The notes beneath the pieces are model-generated. The model saw nothing but the letters and a program-made list of their open reading frames with translations. It did no database searches and was not told the origin of the DNA. The position numbers were made by a program, and so were the translations under genes. Of a stretch of DNA of 60,801 nt, positions 28,935-39,071 are shown piece after piece. The stretch spans positions 1-60,801 of the forward strand of contig JADZAA010000019.1 of assembly GCA_020852855.1 (NCBI GenBank). The letters are read 5' to 3'. Position 1 is the stretch's first letter. Every line of letters starts with the position of its first letter. Source of the DNA: Bacteroidota bacterium. GTDB lineage: Bacteria > Bacteroidota > Ignavibacteria > Kapaibacteriales > UBA961.

Positions 28935-31900
28935 ATGAAACGACAAAGACTACTGAGAGCTGCTCTCGTCAGTTTGTCGGCAGTATTGTTGTCCGCCTCA
29001 CAAGCATTGGCGACAACATTTTACGTTGACGGGACGAACGGCAACAATGCCAATGCCGGCACAACTTGGGCAACCGCCAAGAAAACAATTCAGGCGGCAG
29101 TGAACGTTGCCATGAACGGCGACCAAATTCAAATTGCCGGCGGCGCGTCGGCAGCCGCCGTCTACGACGAGCGCGTGCTCGTGAACGAGAAAACCCTGAC
29201 GCTTACGGGCAGAAAAGACAATACTGCAACCACCGGCGCAGACGAGTCTTCGTTTTCTACGATAATACGCCCTTCGTCCAACGGGGCAACCTATACCGAA
29301 GCAACATTGCTGTCGTGGAGCGGCTTCCCTTCAACTACATTCGAACCTGTTGTATTCGGACAGTTCAGCACGAATACTTTCTCGCTGAACGTGTACAATC
29401 TCACTATAGATGCGAATAGGTTGGCTACAGGCACTCGCCTGTACGTAGGCCTGGCCATCAAGAACGGCAACGGTACAATAGGTGCTTCCGATGCACCGGT
29501 ATATGTAACCAACATACGCGAAGCAATAATGAGCAACTATAACGGCGGCTTCGGTATATTGATATACGGCAAATCGCAGGCAAAGATACAATATACAACG
29601 GTAGATGATTATCAGACAGCGGGTATATTGGTAGCGGGTAATTCAACCTCAACACTTGCCTCCACTATTGCCTCACAGCCGCAACCCACAATAGAGAACT
29701 GTATTATCAGAGGAATTGAAAGCCGAAATAATGCAAATTCCTACATTGCAGGCGTAATGTCTGTTCATGGCGGACGCGGTTATTTACGCAGTTCTTTAAT
29801 ATATCGCAATTACAATTACGAAACATGGAGCGCGGGATCCGAGCGCAATAGTTACGGCTACGGTGTATATCTTTCTGATGCGCGTAATTGGACAGTAGGC
29901 GACCTGACCGTAAAAGGGCGCGGTAATGTTATTACGGAAAACGAAATAGGAGTATTTGCCGAGATTACGGTAGGTCCCTCGACTATATCGCCGAGCCTTT
30001 ATCAAATACGCCAGAACAATATCTACCGCAACGGCGGAGCGTTCGGCGTGTTGTATTTGAGCTCAACAGGTTCATATTTCGACCCGGTCACTTGTACCTA
30101 TGTGAATACGACAATAGGCAATATTCGCTATCGCAACAGCGGCACAACTTCGTCGAGTTCCTTGTCGGTGCAAAGCAATGCCTGGGGCAATGCGGATATT
30201 GCAATGTTCTCGAAATCCACACCTAATTATACACCTGCAACTTATGATGCTACGCCTGTAGCATTTTGGCAGGAAACAATAGGCGATGTTATTTCAGCCG
30301 GTTCGCCTTTGGTGTCGGACACAATTTCGTATAAGAGTTCATATACATATCTGAGCGGATTCGCAATCAATTACGGTTACGGCTACACTCAATTTCCGAC
30401 ATTGAACGATGCCGTTGCCGCAGCTTCACCCTCTGCCGGTCAAATAATCACTGTACCGGTAGGAACAATAGTATTACGAGAGCCGTTAAGAATAACCAAG
30501 AAAGTTATATTGCAAGGTGCGGCCGCTTGCACAGGAGGCTCACCGTCCGGCTCCTCAATGGCAACATTACAACTTGAGGACAACTTACATGGTCCTACGA
30601 TATGGGTGCAAGGTATGAGCACTGCTGCCGGTGACCCCATAACACGCACACCCGATGGAGTGGAGATACGCGATTTGTATATAATACCCGCCGATATGTT
30701 CGCAACAGCAGCAAATCTCAACTGGGGTATAGCCTTCACGGGTGCATTTGGCTCGGCGAATCCAGACCTTACAACCAGCCCGACGAATACGAAGGTTAAA
30801 GGCGTTAAGATGTCTTCTTTCTTTAACTTATTAAACTTGTACGCAATGGTAACGGATATAGATGGTGTGGCGAATGTTTGTGAGCGCGTATCCAAAGGTG
30901 CTACATCATCAAACCGTGATATAGATGCTAAGATAACGTTTGTAGACGATTGCGATTCAACCTCGCTTACAGCTACAGACGTATATGACGATGCTGACGA
31001 GCCCGGAGTTATCGCCCGAATAATCTACGATAATACGATATACGTAGCGACATGCGCCGAGCTTCAAGCTGCATTAGATTTAGCGGCATCTGACCCTGTA
31101 GCCAATACTCCGATGAATATTATTGTTACAGCCGCAATAAATAATTGCACAGCCAACTATAATGTGAATGGTGGCGGTAATGTGGTAATAAATACACAAG
31201 TCGGTGGCTCTATACTATTCAACCAGGACTATCCTCTGAATATCAATTCAAACTCAAGTAATACGGGTATATTTACCGGTAACCAAGCAACATATCCGGG
31301 CGGTACAGCCGCAGCTTGTAAATTAGTGATACCATCGGCAGCAGTAATAGCCGTAGAACGCGTAAATGTATGGCCTCCTGCATGTTTGCAGACAGCGGTA
31401 GATGTAGTAGCAGCCGGCAATACAAATACAGTATATGCCGCGCAAGGTAATGGTACTACAAGCCCGCTTGCTTTTACGGAAACGAATGGTTTATTGAATA
31501 TAGCCAAGAACTTCGATTTCTACGGTGTGTCTAATGTAATGTCCGCTTCAGGCAATGCCACATTTACGGGTAAATTTATGTTATTTCCCGAAACCTCCGA
31601 CGGAGATGTGGGTGTCGGTGTTTATGTTGCGGGCGGCGGTACTGTAACTTCCACACGCGGTGCTGCATTTGCCGACGGTGATGACCAAGTTGAATTGAAG
31701 ACTAACACAGCTCCCGATAATAGTATTGGCACAACGGTAAATATGGCGTTGCAGTTTATCAGTACGACCGGTAGCAGAGGCCTATTGCTTGACCCTGCAG
31801 TTTTAGGAGGTTGGAATGAAAATCCGCTACTCAATAAGCGCGTGCATTTGCATGGTACAAGCGGGCGCAATGCGGTTTTCAATGCTGCAAACACCATAAT

Positions 31901-34900
31901 ACTTAATGGTTCGGGTGATTGCAATAATCCTTCACTTATAAAGAATGTTAGCATTGCCACAATAATTGTGAATAGTAATGGAGACTGTATTCAAACCGCA
32001 TTGGGAACGGGAGCAAATCAAGATGTAGAAGGCGTAGGAACAGTTGCGGTCGATGGTTCGGGTGGCATTATTAACCTGAATAATGTAGCTAATTGGGTGC
32101 AGGATTTGGACATAGGTAAATCCGTAACTTTTGTAAATCAAGGTGGCGGAACAACAAGTGGCGTTGTAAATATGCGTCGCGGTGCAAATGTAACGGGCGG
32201 ACTTACAGACTTTACAAATACTGTAAATCTTAATCAAAATCCTTCATGGGCAACAGCGGCAAATCCCGACCCGAGTAATGCATTGCCTATAGTTAGTGCA
32301 AATGGCACTATGAATATAGCGGGCTACGGACGCGGCATAGCAGTAGGAACTGGCAATGCTGCAGGCGGACCTTGGGATTTCAGCAATGTAAATATCAATA
32401 AAGCGCTAAATGTTTATGGATTTTACAATGGAACTTGCGCAAATGACAATACCACTTGCGTAGCGGACGGCTTAACCCCGGTACCGGGTATAAATTCCGG
32501 ACGTACTACGGCAAATGAAACAGTCATAGGCTTCAGCGATGCGTCGGCTTCTTTTACCAACCAAATTTTCATAGTCAGCAGCAATAATGTTTCTGTTAAA
32601 GGCTTCTACTTTGATAATATTGGCTTTAGTGGACCTGCCGGCGACAGATATGTTATAGCAAGCGCAGTCTACAGCAACGGTACCATAAGCAATAATATCG
32701 TTGATATAAGCGTGATGGGCAGCGTTTTGTGTCATGGTTTCTTGAACATGAGAAATGGTTTCCAACGCCAGAATTGGACAGTTGACTGCAATAGAATGTT
32801 TGGCGATGTTCAGGTGGGACTTACCGCCGGCGGCTATCGCGCCCATTTTATTGAGTGGAATAATAATGGTGGCAGCGCAGGCACTTCTGTTATTCGGAAT
32901 AATGTGGTGCTAACCGAAGCCCCTAACGACCAAATAGTCATAAACGATATGGTAAATGCTTTTGCTACGGGCTTGGTTATTGAAGACAATTACTTCAGCT
33001 CGTACACCGGTACGCTTGTCACAACCTATTCCTGCGTGGTACTTCGCAGTACGTTGGGTAATATATCCGGTGTTACGGTTCAGAAAAACGTAATCCAAAA
33101 CAGAGCGCAGGGCATTCTTGTCGAACTGAACTACTTTCCTTCGGCTATTACTAATATAGACATTAAGCACAACTTCATTACCAATAACACTACAGGGGTG
33201 CAAGTTGACGGTATGGGTAATTATACGGCTTTAAATCCAAATAATGTGCGAGTTAACAATAATTACATTACCGGCAATAGTACGAGAGGTGTTTACCTAG
33301 CCGGAGTTGGTGGCGGCTCTACCGGAAAAGTGGACATAGGTCTTAATTGGTGGGGTGGTGTGGCAAATCTTGGTCCGACACGTGGCGCAAACGTTTCTGC
33401 CGCAGTACAACCTTTCGCCGCTGCAAATGGTGATCCTATTGTGCAGGATGCTGCGGGTGCAGGCGATGTATTCACAACAGTACTGCCTTTCTATGTGTCC
33501 GGCACAGACCAAATTACCAATGATTGCGGTTGGAACGGCGGTCCGATAATTGGCCCCGTGCTTCGTATGGCTACAGGCGGTGCACCATTGCTCGGTGTAT
33601 ACCCGACCATAACCGATGCCCGCGATAATACAAATTGCGCACTTGGTTTCACTTGCAATCCTACCCGCACAAATACCGATGAAATATGGGTAATAGGCGG
33701 TAGCGGCTCGGGTGCATATCCGTCAGCCACATCACCTGAAGCTGCTTATCCGGTTTTATTTGATGCAGATCCGCAGCCCTCTACGGTGCTTGGCATTAAC
33801 GGTGCGGTTATACGTCATACCGACGGCGGTGCAATTAAATCCACAACACGCACAAACGGCTTTACCGTGAAAGATCTGACATTTAACGATGCAAGTATCG
33901 GTGCTATGGACCACGTAGCCGTATGGCTTGGTAGCGGTGATGCCACAGTACTTGGCAATACATTCAACAGTGCATCAACCACAGGCAATTATGTTGCTGT
34001 CCGTGCAGACGGCGGCGGCACGAATATGGTTCAAATAGGCTCAAGTGTAGCAGGTACGGGAAATACCATAACTTATACCGGTACAAATCCTTCTACCGGA
34101 ATTTACGTATCCGGCGGTTTCACAAGCGGAACTGTTCATAGAAATACTGTATCGGGTATTTTCTCCGGTTCTCCGAGTGCAGCCTCCGGCGCAAGCATAT
34201 ATATTGGCCCCGGCAACAGCGGCATTATTGCCGTAGGCGGAAGCGGTTACGGTAATACCATACAGGGCAATGCAACAGGCAATGGTTCTAACGGTATAGT
34301 TCTCGATGCTGCTGCAAGTACAATAACAATAGATAATAATACAATTGGCACAACAACTTCATTACGCAGTACAGGTGTCACAGGTATTGACCAAGGCGGT
34401 TTCGGTATACTTGTAAATTCGAGTAGCGGAACTGCAAATATTGGTAATCTTACCATAACCAACAATACCATCGGTGGTGCCGGTGGCGCAGGCAGTGTTG
34501 ACCAAGCGGGTATATTTGTAGGCGGTACAACCGGCAGTATCGGTACCGTAACAATAGGCTCTGCCGGCAACGGCAATACTATACGCGGAGTGCGTGATGC
34601 GGTAGGAACTGCGGCTGGTTCTAATGCGGCAATTGCAATAGCAACTTTCGGCGGAACGCCGACGGCAGGAAATATATCCATCGGCAGCAATACTATAGGT
34701 GGAACATCTGCGGGCGAAGGCAATAAGACCGACCTTATAATAGGTTCGGGAAGTAGTGCCAATAATCTTCGGGTTGATGTTCAGAACAACAATTTCCGTA
34801 GCAATACACAAACTATCGAAGGCAATTCCGCCATTGTGCAAGACTTCCGTACAAATGCGGGCGCGAATATCCGCAATATATTCGGTAATACGAACGGCTC

Positions 34901-35978
34901 GACTATAACCGGCGCAGGAACTGCCGGCAATGGAACAAGCGGTAATAATACGTTCTCTTATGCTGCAATACTTACAAGTTCCACAAACTTGCAGGATTAC
35001 GCGGCTGCAACAGTACGCACCGCCGATGCGGTAAGTTTGATTGCCGGCTATACAGCAATATATCGCACGGCACAAACACCGCTTTCGTCTGCTACAAATA
35101 CTAATAATACTGTGGAGTTGCGTGAAAATGCAACAATTATCACGGCTGATGCCACATCGTACTATAATGAAACGCTTACATTCCCCGACTTCCGTTGTAT
35201 GTTGCTTGGTCCTACAACTACCGGAGCTAATGTAATGACTAATGCTAACCAACATGCAAATATCTATGCAGGTGATGCCGGCGTTGATCTAATATCCACA
35301 GGTCGCGAGAACAAAGACGTGCGTGGCGGCATAACGCTTCATGCTACGGGCGGTGCCGCTGGTTCGGTAAATGCAACCGGTATATACGGACGCATACCAC
35401 AGGGCGGTAACAATAAAGGCGATGTATATATGCAAGGTGCAGCCGTAGGCGCGGATAACGGTTATGTTCGCTTTGCATATGACTTTTTCACATTAGGTTC
35501 TCAAACAGAAATGACAGACACCGATGTCGAAACAACAGGCGGCAATGACATTGGCGACCGCCGCACTAGTATAATCAAAGCCGGTTTGGAAGATGCCAAT
35601 GATGATGCTTATGCAATTACTGGTAATCAGCATCGTCGCACGGGCGTATTTACCCGCGGTAACGGCACGCAATTCACCAAACCTGTTGAAGGTCCGATAA
35701 CGGGTGAAATAACCGGTGTATATCCGAATCCTGCTTCCGGTGATGCTACGTTGCGTTATTCGGTACCGGCTTCGGGCGATGTAACTGTAGGTGTATTCAA
35801 TGCACTTGGCGTAAAAGTATCGGAATATGTACAAGGTGCAAAATCTGCCGGAGTATATACTCTTGATATATCCGCGAGTGAGTTGCCTATTGGCAGTTAC
35901 ACGGTGCGTGTAACTAACGGCGTACCGGGTTACAGCACACCTATGACCATCACGGTTCCATTGCAAATCATTCGATAG
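28935..35978 (+). CDS. Giant secreted right-handed beta-helix repeat protein with a T9SS C-terminal sorting domain, 2347 aa; paralog of 22113-28745
   Basis: It is collinear with the upstream giant along its length. Examples are GNSTSTLASTIASQPQPTIENC versus GNSTSSLASTVAQQPIPTIENC, and GDVYMQGAAVGADNGYVRF versus GDVYLQGQGVGADNGYIRF. The C-terminus reads ITGVYPNPASGDATLRYSV...VGVFNALGVKV...GSYTVRV. Confidence 0.9.
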   Translation: MKRQRLLRAALVSLSAVLLSASQALATTFYVDGTNGNNANAGTTWATAKKTIQAAVNVAMNGDQIQIAGGASAAAVYDERVLVNEKTLTLTGRKDNTATTGADESSFSTIIRPSSNGATYTEATLLSWSGFPSTTFEPVVFGQFSTNTFSLNVYNLTIDANRLATGTRLYVGLAIKNGNGTIGASDAPVYVTNIREAIMSNYNGGFGILIYGKSQAKIQYTTVDDYQTAGILVAGNSTSTLASTIASQPQPTIENCIIRGIESRNNANSYIAGVMSVHGGRGYLRSSLIYRNYNYETWSAGSERNSYGYGVYLSDARNWTVGDLTVKGRGNVITENEIGVFAEITVGPSTISPSLYQIRQNNIYRNGGAFGVLYLSSTGSYFDPVTCTYVNTTIGNIRYRNSGTTSSSSLSVQSNAWGNADIAMFSKSTPNYTPATYDATPVAFWQETIGDVISAGSPLVSDTISYKSSYTYLSGFAINYGYGYTQFPTLNDAVAAASPSAGQIITVPVGTIVLREPLRITKKVILQGAAACTGGSPSGSSMATLQLEDNLHGPTIWVQGMSTAAGDPITRTPDGVEIRDLYIIPADMFATAANLNWGIAFTGAFGSANPDLTTSPTNTKVKGVKMSSFFNLLNLYAMVTDIDGVANVCERVSKGATSSNRDIDAKITFVDDCDSTSLTATDVYDDADEPGVIARIIYDNTIYVATCAELQAALDLAASDPVANTPMNIIVTAAINNCTANYNVNGGGNVVINTQVGGSILFNQDYPLNINSNSSNTGIFTGNQATYPGGTAAACKLVIPSAAVIAVERVNVWPPACLQTAVDVVAAGNTNTVYAAQGNGTTSPLAFTETNGLLNIAKNFDFYGVSNVMSASGNATFTGKFMLFPETSDGDVGVGVYVAGGGTVTSTRGAAFADGDDQVELKTNTAPDNSIGTTVNMALQFISTTGSRGLLLDPAVLGGWNENPLLNKRVHLHGTSGRNAVFNAANTIILNGSGDCNNPSLIKNVSIATIIVNSNGDCIQTALGTGANQDVEGVGTVAVDGSGGIINLNNVANWVQDLDIGKSVTFVNQGGGTTSGVVNMRRGANVTGGLTDFTNTVNLNQNPSWATAANPDPSNALPIVSANGTMNIAGYGRGIAVGTGNAAGGPWDFSNVNINKALNVYGFYNGTCANDNTTCVADGLTPVPGINSGRTTANETVIGFSDASASFTNQIFIVSSNNVSVKGFYFDNIGFSGPAGDRYVIASAVYSNGTISNNIVDISVMGSVLCHGFLNMRNGFQRQNWTVDCNRMFGDVQVGLTAGGYRAHFIEWNNNGGSAGTSVIRNNVVLTEAPNDQIVINDMVNAFATGLVIEDNYFSSYTGTLVTTYSCVVLRSTLGNISGVTVQKNVIQNRAQGILVELNYFPSAITNIDIKHNFITNNTTGVQVDGMGNYTALNPNNVRVNNNYITGNSTRGVYLAGVGGGSTGKVDIGLNWWGGVANLGPTRGANVSAAVQPFAAANGDPIVQDAAGAGDVFTTVLPFYVSGTDQITNDCGWNGGPIIGPVLRMATGGAPLLGVYPTITDARDNTNCALGFTCNPTRTNTDEIWVIGGSGSGAYPSATSPEAAYPVLFDADPQPSTVLGINGAVIRHTDGGAIKSTTRTNGFTVKDLTFNDASIGAMDHVAVWLGSGDATVLGNTFNSASTTGNYVAVRADGGGTNMVQIGSSVAGTGNTITYTGTNPSTGIYVSGGFTSGTVHRNTVSGIFSGSPSAASGASIYIGPGNSGIIAVGGSGYGNTIQGNATGNGSNGIVLDAAASTITIDNNTIGTTTSLRSTGVTGIDQGGFGILVNSSSGTANIGNLTITNNTIGGAGGAGSVDQAGIFVGGTTGSIGTVTIGSAGNGNTIRGVRDAVGTAAGSNAAIAIATFGGTPTAGNISIGSNTIGGTSAGEGNKTDLIIGSGSSANNLRVDVQNNNFRSNTQTIEGNSAIVQDFRTNAGANIRNIFGNTNGSTITGAGTAGNGTSGNNTFSYAAILTSSTNLQDYAAATVRTADAVSLIAGYTAIYRTAQTPLSSATNTNNTVELRENATIITADATSYYNETLTFPDFRCMLLGPTTTGANVMTNANQHANIYAGDAGVDLISTGRENKDVRGGITLHATGGAAGSVNATGIYGRIPQGGNNKGDVYMQGAAVGADNGYVRFAYDFFTLGSQTEMTDTDVETTGGNDIGDRRTSIIKAGLEDANDDAYAITGNQHRRTGVFTRGNGTQFTKPVEGPITGEITGVYPNPASGDATLRYSVPASGDVTVGVFNALGVKVSEYVQGAKSAGVYTLDISASELPIGSYTVRVTNGVPGYSTPMTITVPLQIIR

Positions 35979-36014
35979 AAGCGCGTAGACATTTTAATGT
36001 CATTCATAAATAGA

Positions 36015-36054
36015 TTACCCCGTCGAGCAGCAAGTTCGGCGGGGTAATTTTTTT
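36015..36054 (+). terminator. Rho-independent terminator
   Basis: TTACCCCGTCGA / TTCGGCGGGGTAA stem (one G-U pair) with an 8-nt loop, followed by TTTTTTT. It lies 37 nt after the stop of giant gene 2. Confidence 0.85.
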
Positions 36055-36123
36055 GTTTGTAGGTGTAATGTATTGATATAAAATGTATTCAATCCATTCG
36101 GGATTTTTTGGGAAATGAATTAT

Positions 36124-36213
36124 GCCGTTAGGCATAATCTATCGGTAGAAAAAAAACAATCGCAAGAAAAGAAATATGCCGTTAGGCACGCAATATCGTT
36201 AGGCACGCAATAT
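36124..36213 (+). promoter_or_regulatory. Three copies of CGTTAGGCA upstream of the envelope cluster: one inside a small hairpin and two inside a 17-bp perfect tandem duplication
   Basis: TATGCC-GTTA-GGCATA hairpin at 36121-36136. CGTTAGGCACGCAATAT occurs at 36180-36196 and again at 36197-36213, about 93 nt upstream of the ATG at 36306. Confidence 0.45.
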
Positions 36214-36305
36214 TTTTGTTGTCATAAAATAAATCGTTCAAAATCGCTATTTTTCGGCATAAAAACCGATTATTCCGTAGAATAACGACGAGAGAGAGAA
36301 AAATT

Positions 36306-36854
36306 ATGCGACTTATTGTTTCGATTGTCATTGTTGCGGCTATATTATTGGCGTTGCAGCTTCCGGCGCGTGGGCAGATTGTGGCCGGAGCGGGTGTAAC
36401 CTACGCATTGCCGCAAAATAAATTTGCCGATGTTAACAAGGGGTCATTAGGCGGCACGGCGGCACTTTTTTCGCGTCGTTATTGCAATTTATGGTTTGGT
36501 CTACGGCTTGATTACACGTCATTCCAAGAAAAAGACAGCATAGTGAAGTCATATTCCGATGCTTTCGCATTTTCGGGCGAGGCTCGGTATTTTTTCAGTC
36601 CTCCTACGGAATTGCCCTTGTATTTGCAAGCCGATATTACCGTTAGCGGCATAGACGGCAAAGACAGTGCGAATACTTCCGGTTTCGGCGGCGCGATAGG
36701 TGCGGGTGCATTACTATTCTACGACAAGCACTGTTGCGACTGGTTCATAGACCTGAATGCCCGCTATAATGCGCCGAATATATTTTTGCGCAGCGATATT
36801 CGGCCTGTATTGCCTTATTTTCATTTTGCCGCGTCAATCTATTTCAAATTGTAG
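36306..36854 (+). CDS. Small outer-membrane beta-barrel protein (hypothetical)
   Basis: Signal peptide (..LLALQLPARGQ), alternating beta-strand pattern and Gly/aromatic-rich strands, 182 aa. Confidence 0.65.
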   Translation: MRLIVSIVIVAAILLALQLPARGQIVAGAGVTYALPQNKFADVNKGSLGGTAALFSRRYCNLWFGLRLDYTSFQEKDSIVKSYSDAFAFSGEARYFFSPPTELPLYLQADITVSGIDGKDSANTSGFGGAIGAGALLFYDKHCCDWFIDLNARYNAPNIFLRSDIRPVLPYFHFAASIYFKL

Positions 36855-36867
36855 GAAAAAAATCGCC

Positions 36868-38046
36868 ATGAAACCAAGAGAAGCGTATATCAGGAGCATA
36901 GCATTATGGATTGCGGCGATTTTTGCCGTGGCGGCCGTCGGTTGCAAAACGGCGGATTCATTATCCGGCGAATCTGACGATGCTGTCCGCATAAAGCCCG
37001 ACGCGCAGCGCAGCTATGAAAAAGCACCCGTAACGGGGGCGGTGCGCAGCGGGCGAACATTGCGCGGCAAAGTAATAGAAATGAGAATAGAACCGAATAC
37101 GGTAAATTCCAATAAAACAGATACCGTCATTATTTTTCTTGCAGCCGGTTCAAAGAATGAACCGGAGTATTACGAGGAAATACCTTATTCCGATATTGAG
37201 CCTGTGGGGCGAATGTTCAATATGCCGCTGAACAAATACGGTAATATCAACTATTTCGAGGGATATAATATAACCGGCGAAGTTCGCGGCCTGCGCGAAG
37301 TTCCCGTTCGAATATCCGGTTTGCTTGGCGGCGCGGGCGGCGGCGCGGGCTATAACCCCGAGCAGGACTGCGGTTGCGAGCCTTTCGGACTTGAAATGCC
37401 GAATGTATCGCTTAAATGCCCCGAACGGGATTATTCGTTAGTATTTGTAGAAATGCGTGCCGTTTATACAATGTTCAGCGATAAACCCGCGCCCTTTATC
37501 GAATCGGGAAGAACCGGTTGGGAAGGCGAAATAGCAACGGGATTCAGATTCGGCGCGAACCGTGAATGGGGTGCGGGAGTTTCGTATTCCACAGGGACGG
37601 CGGTGTTCAACAGTACCAATGCTACAGAGGCCGCGCGTCCGTCCGCTTTGTTGCATTTGCGATATAGTTTAGGCAGACGGCCTTTTGAGTTGCTCGGTTT
37701 CTGCGCACGCCCGTTTTTCTATGCCAATGGCGGCATCGCACTCGACAAAGCCACGATGAATTTGGTTAAGATGAATTTAAGCCCCGACAGTTGCAGCAGT
37801 TGCAATGCTTTGCTGAAAAATCTGAGTGCGAGCGGCCAATTACCGGAAGCAGATTTTTCTATGCCGGTTTCTTTCGGCTTCGGCGCGGGGCTGGATATAC
37901 CGATATTCTCGTGGCTCGATGCCTCGGCCGATATAGGCTGGCGTTCATTGGCCATAGCCGACGAAATTCCGCTTGCCGGATTTACCAATGTACCGTCTAA
38001 TCGTCGAGTTAATATGTTGCGCCTGCGCTTCGGACTTACGTTTTGA
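36868..38046 (+). CDS. Lipoprotein with a C-terminal outer-membrane beta-barrel-like half (hypothetical)
   Basis: Lipobox AVAAVGC after MKPREAYIRSIALWIAAIF. The C-terminal half has amphipathic strands and ends in ..LRLRFGLTF, an aromatic terminus as in outer-membrane barrels. The tracked ORF start at 36757 overlaps the previous gene. Confidence 0.65.
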   Translation: MKPREAYIRSIALWIAAIFAVAAVGCKTADSLSGESDDAVRIKPDAQRSYEKAPVTGAVRSGRTLRGKVIEMRIEPNTVNSNKTDTVIIFLAAGSKNEPEYYEEIPYSDIEPVGRMFNMPLNKYGNINYFEGYNITGEVRGLREVPVRISGLLGGAGGGAGYNPEQDCGCEPFGLEMPNVSLKCPERDYSLVFVEMRAVYTMFSDKPAPFIESGRTGWEGEIATGFRFGANREWGAGVSYSTGTAVFNSTNATEAARPSALLHLRYSLGRRPFELLGFCARPFFYANGGIALDKATMNLVKMNLSPDSCSSCNALLKNLSASGQLPEADFSMPVSFGFGAGLDIPIFSWLDASADIGWRSLAIADEIPLAGFTNVPSNRRVNMLRLRFGLTF

Positions 38047-38050
38047 ACCA

Positions 38051-38929
38051 ATGAAGGAAATAAAAATGAAAATATCGGTTTTACGCTTTGTTTTGGGGAT
38101 AATTTCTTCGGGAGTTGCATTATTTGCAACGGGTTGCGGTTGCCCCGATTTAGTGTCCGAATCAACGGTCGAGCCGCGTGTGCGCGAGGCTACTATAACG
38201 CGGTTCGAGCCTTCGTTCGATCAAGCGCAGAATTTGCCGTCGCCGCAGTATTCAATTCACACCTTTGCATTTCCGGCAAATATCAACAGTTCGGGCAGTC
38301 TGCCCAACGACTTTCGGGTTTCGGACGGCAAAGAAATCGTACTTGCCTCATTGCAATTCAGCTCGGGCGGCAATGACTACACAGCCGCGCTTACTACGCA
38401 AGTGCCTACTAACGGAACCTTGACGGGCGATATTATGATTGTGAGCGTAGACCGAATAAATCGTCGCGCCTGTGTTCGTTTTGCGGGCGATTTGTCTTCC
38501 ATCGGCAAGGGATTCAATTCCGGCAGTGCGGCCGATTATGCAAATCACTTGAAAACTTTGCTGAATCCTCCGCCCGGGCAAGTCCCTGCTTGGCAAAAAG
38601 CCGCTTCGCAATACGGCAAAGGCTCGCCCGGCACTAATCTTTGCAACATAAGCAATCAGCAAACGCTGAAAGTATTCGACGGGCGCGGAAACAGCGTAGT
38701 GCCGTTGCCCACGATACCATCGTCGGTTACGGACAGTCTTTACAAGGTAGAAAATGTGCAAGCAGTCGAGGTGGAAGTTGCGGTTGGCGATATTTATTAC
38801 TATAAAGCGCGTAACGGCATAGAGTTCGCAGTATTGATAGAGGATATTTTCGAGGGTTCGCTTTTGCCTAATTTGCAACGTATGACGATTAAATTCACGG
38901 AAATAAAAGGGCCGTCTTGCGATAAATAG
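38051..38929 (+). CDS. Lipoprotein, unknown function
   Basis: Lipobox ALFATGC after MKEIKMKISVLRFVLGIISSGV. It starts 5 nt after the previous stop. I recognise no family motif. Confidence 0.6.
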   Translation: MKEIKMKISVLRFVLGIISSGVALFATGCGCPDLVSESTVEPRVREATITRFEPSFDQAQNLPSPQYSIHTFAFPANINSSGSLPNDFRVSDGKEIVLASLQFSSGGNDYTAALTTQVPTNGTLTGDIMIVSVDRINRRACVRFAGDLSSIGKGFNSGSAADYANHLKTLLNPPPGQVPAWQKAASQYGKGSPGTNLCNISNQQTLKVFDGRGNSVVPLPTIPSSVTDSLYKVENVQAVEVEVAVGDIYYYKARNGIEFAVLIEDIFEGSLLPNLQRMTIKFTEIKGPSCDK

Positions 38930-39071
38930 TGCGCGTTCAAAGTCCTTTCGGTACTTTTTTACGGCCAAAAAACAGCGAATTGTTGTTTGTCGTTGCGTAT
39001 GAGCATTGCAATAATTGCTTGAAATTCTACTTTTTCTTTTCGTGTCAGCGTCATTTTTTTAATGTTTTTAT

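Noticed and set aside
36757-36867. Upstream extensions of several tracked ORFs (36757, 37973, 42265, 54281, 16438, 58007, 46128, 45039 and 15005)
   Set aside because: Each extension overlaps the preceding gene or a terminator. Each is followed by an internal ATG that begins a canonical signal peptide, lipobox or conserved N-terminus.
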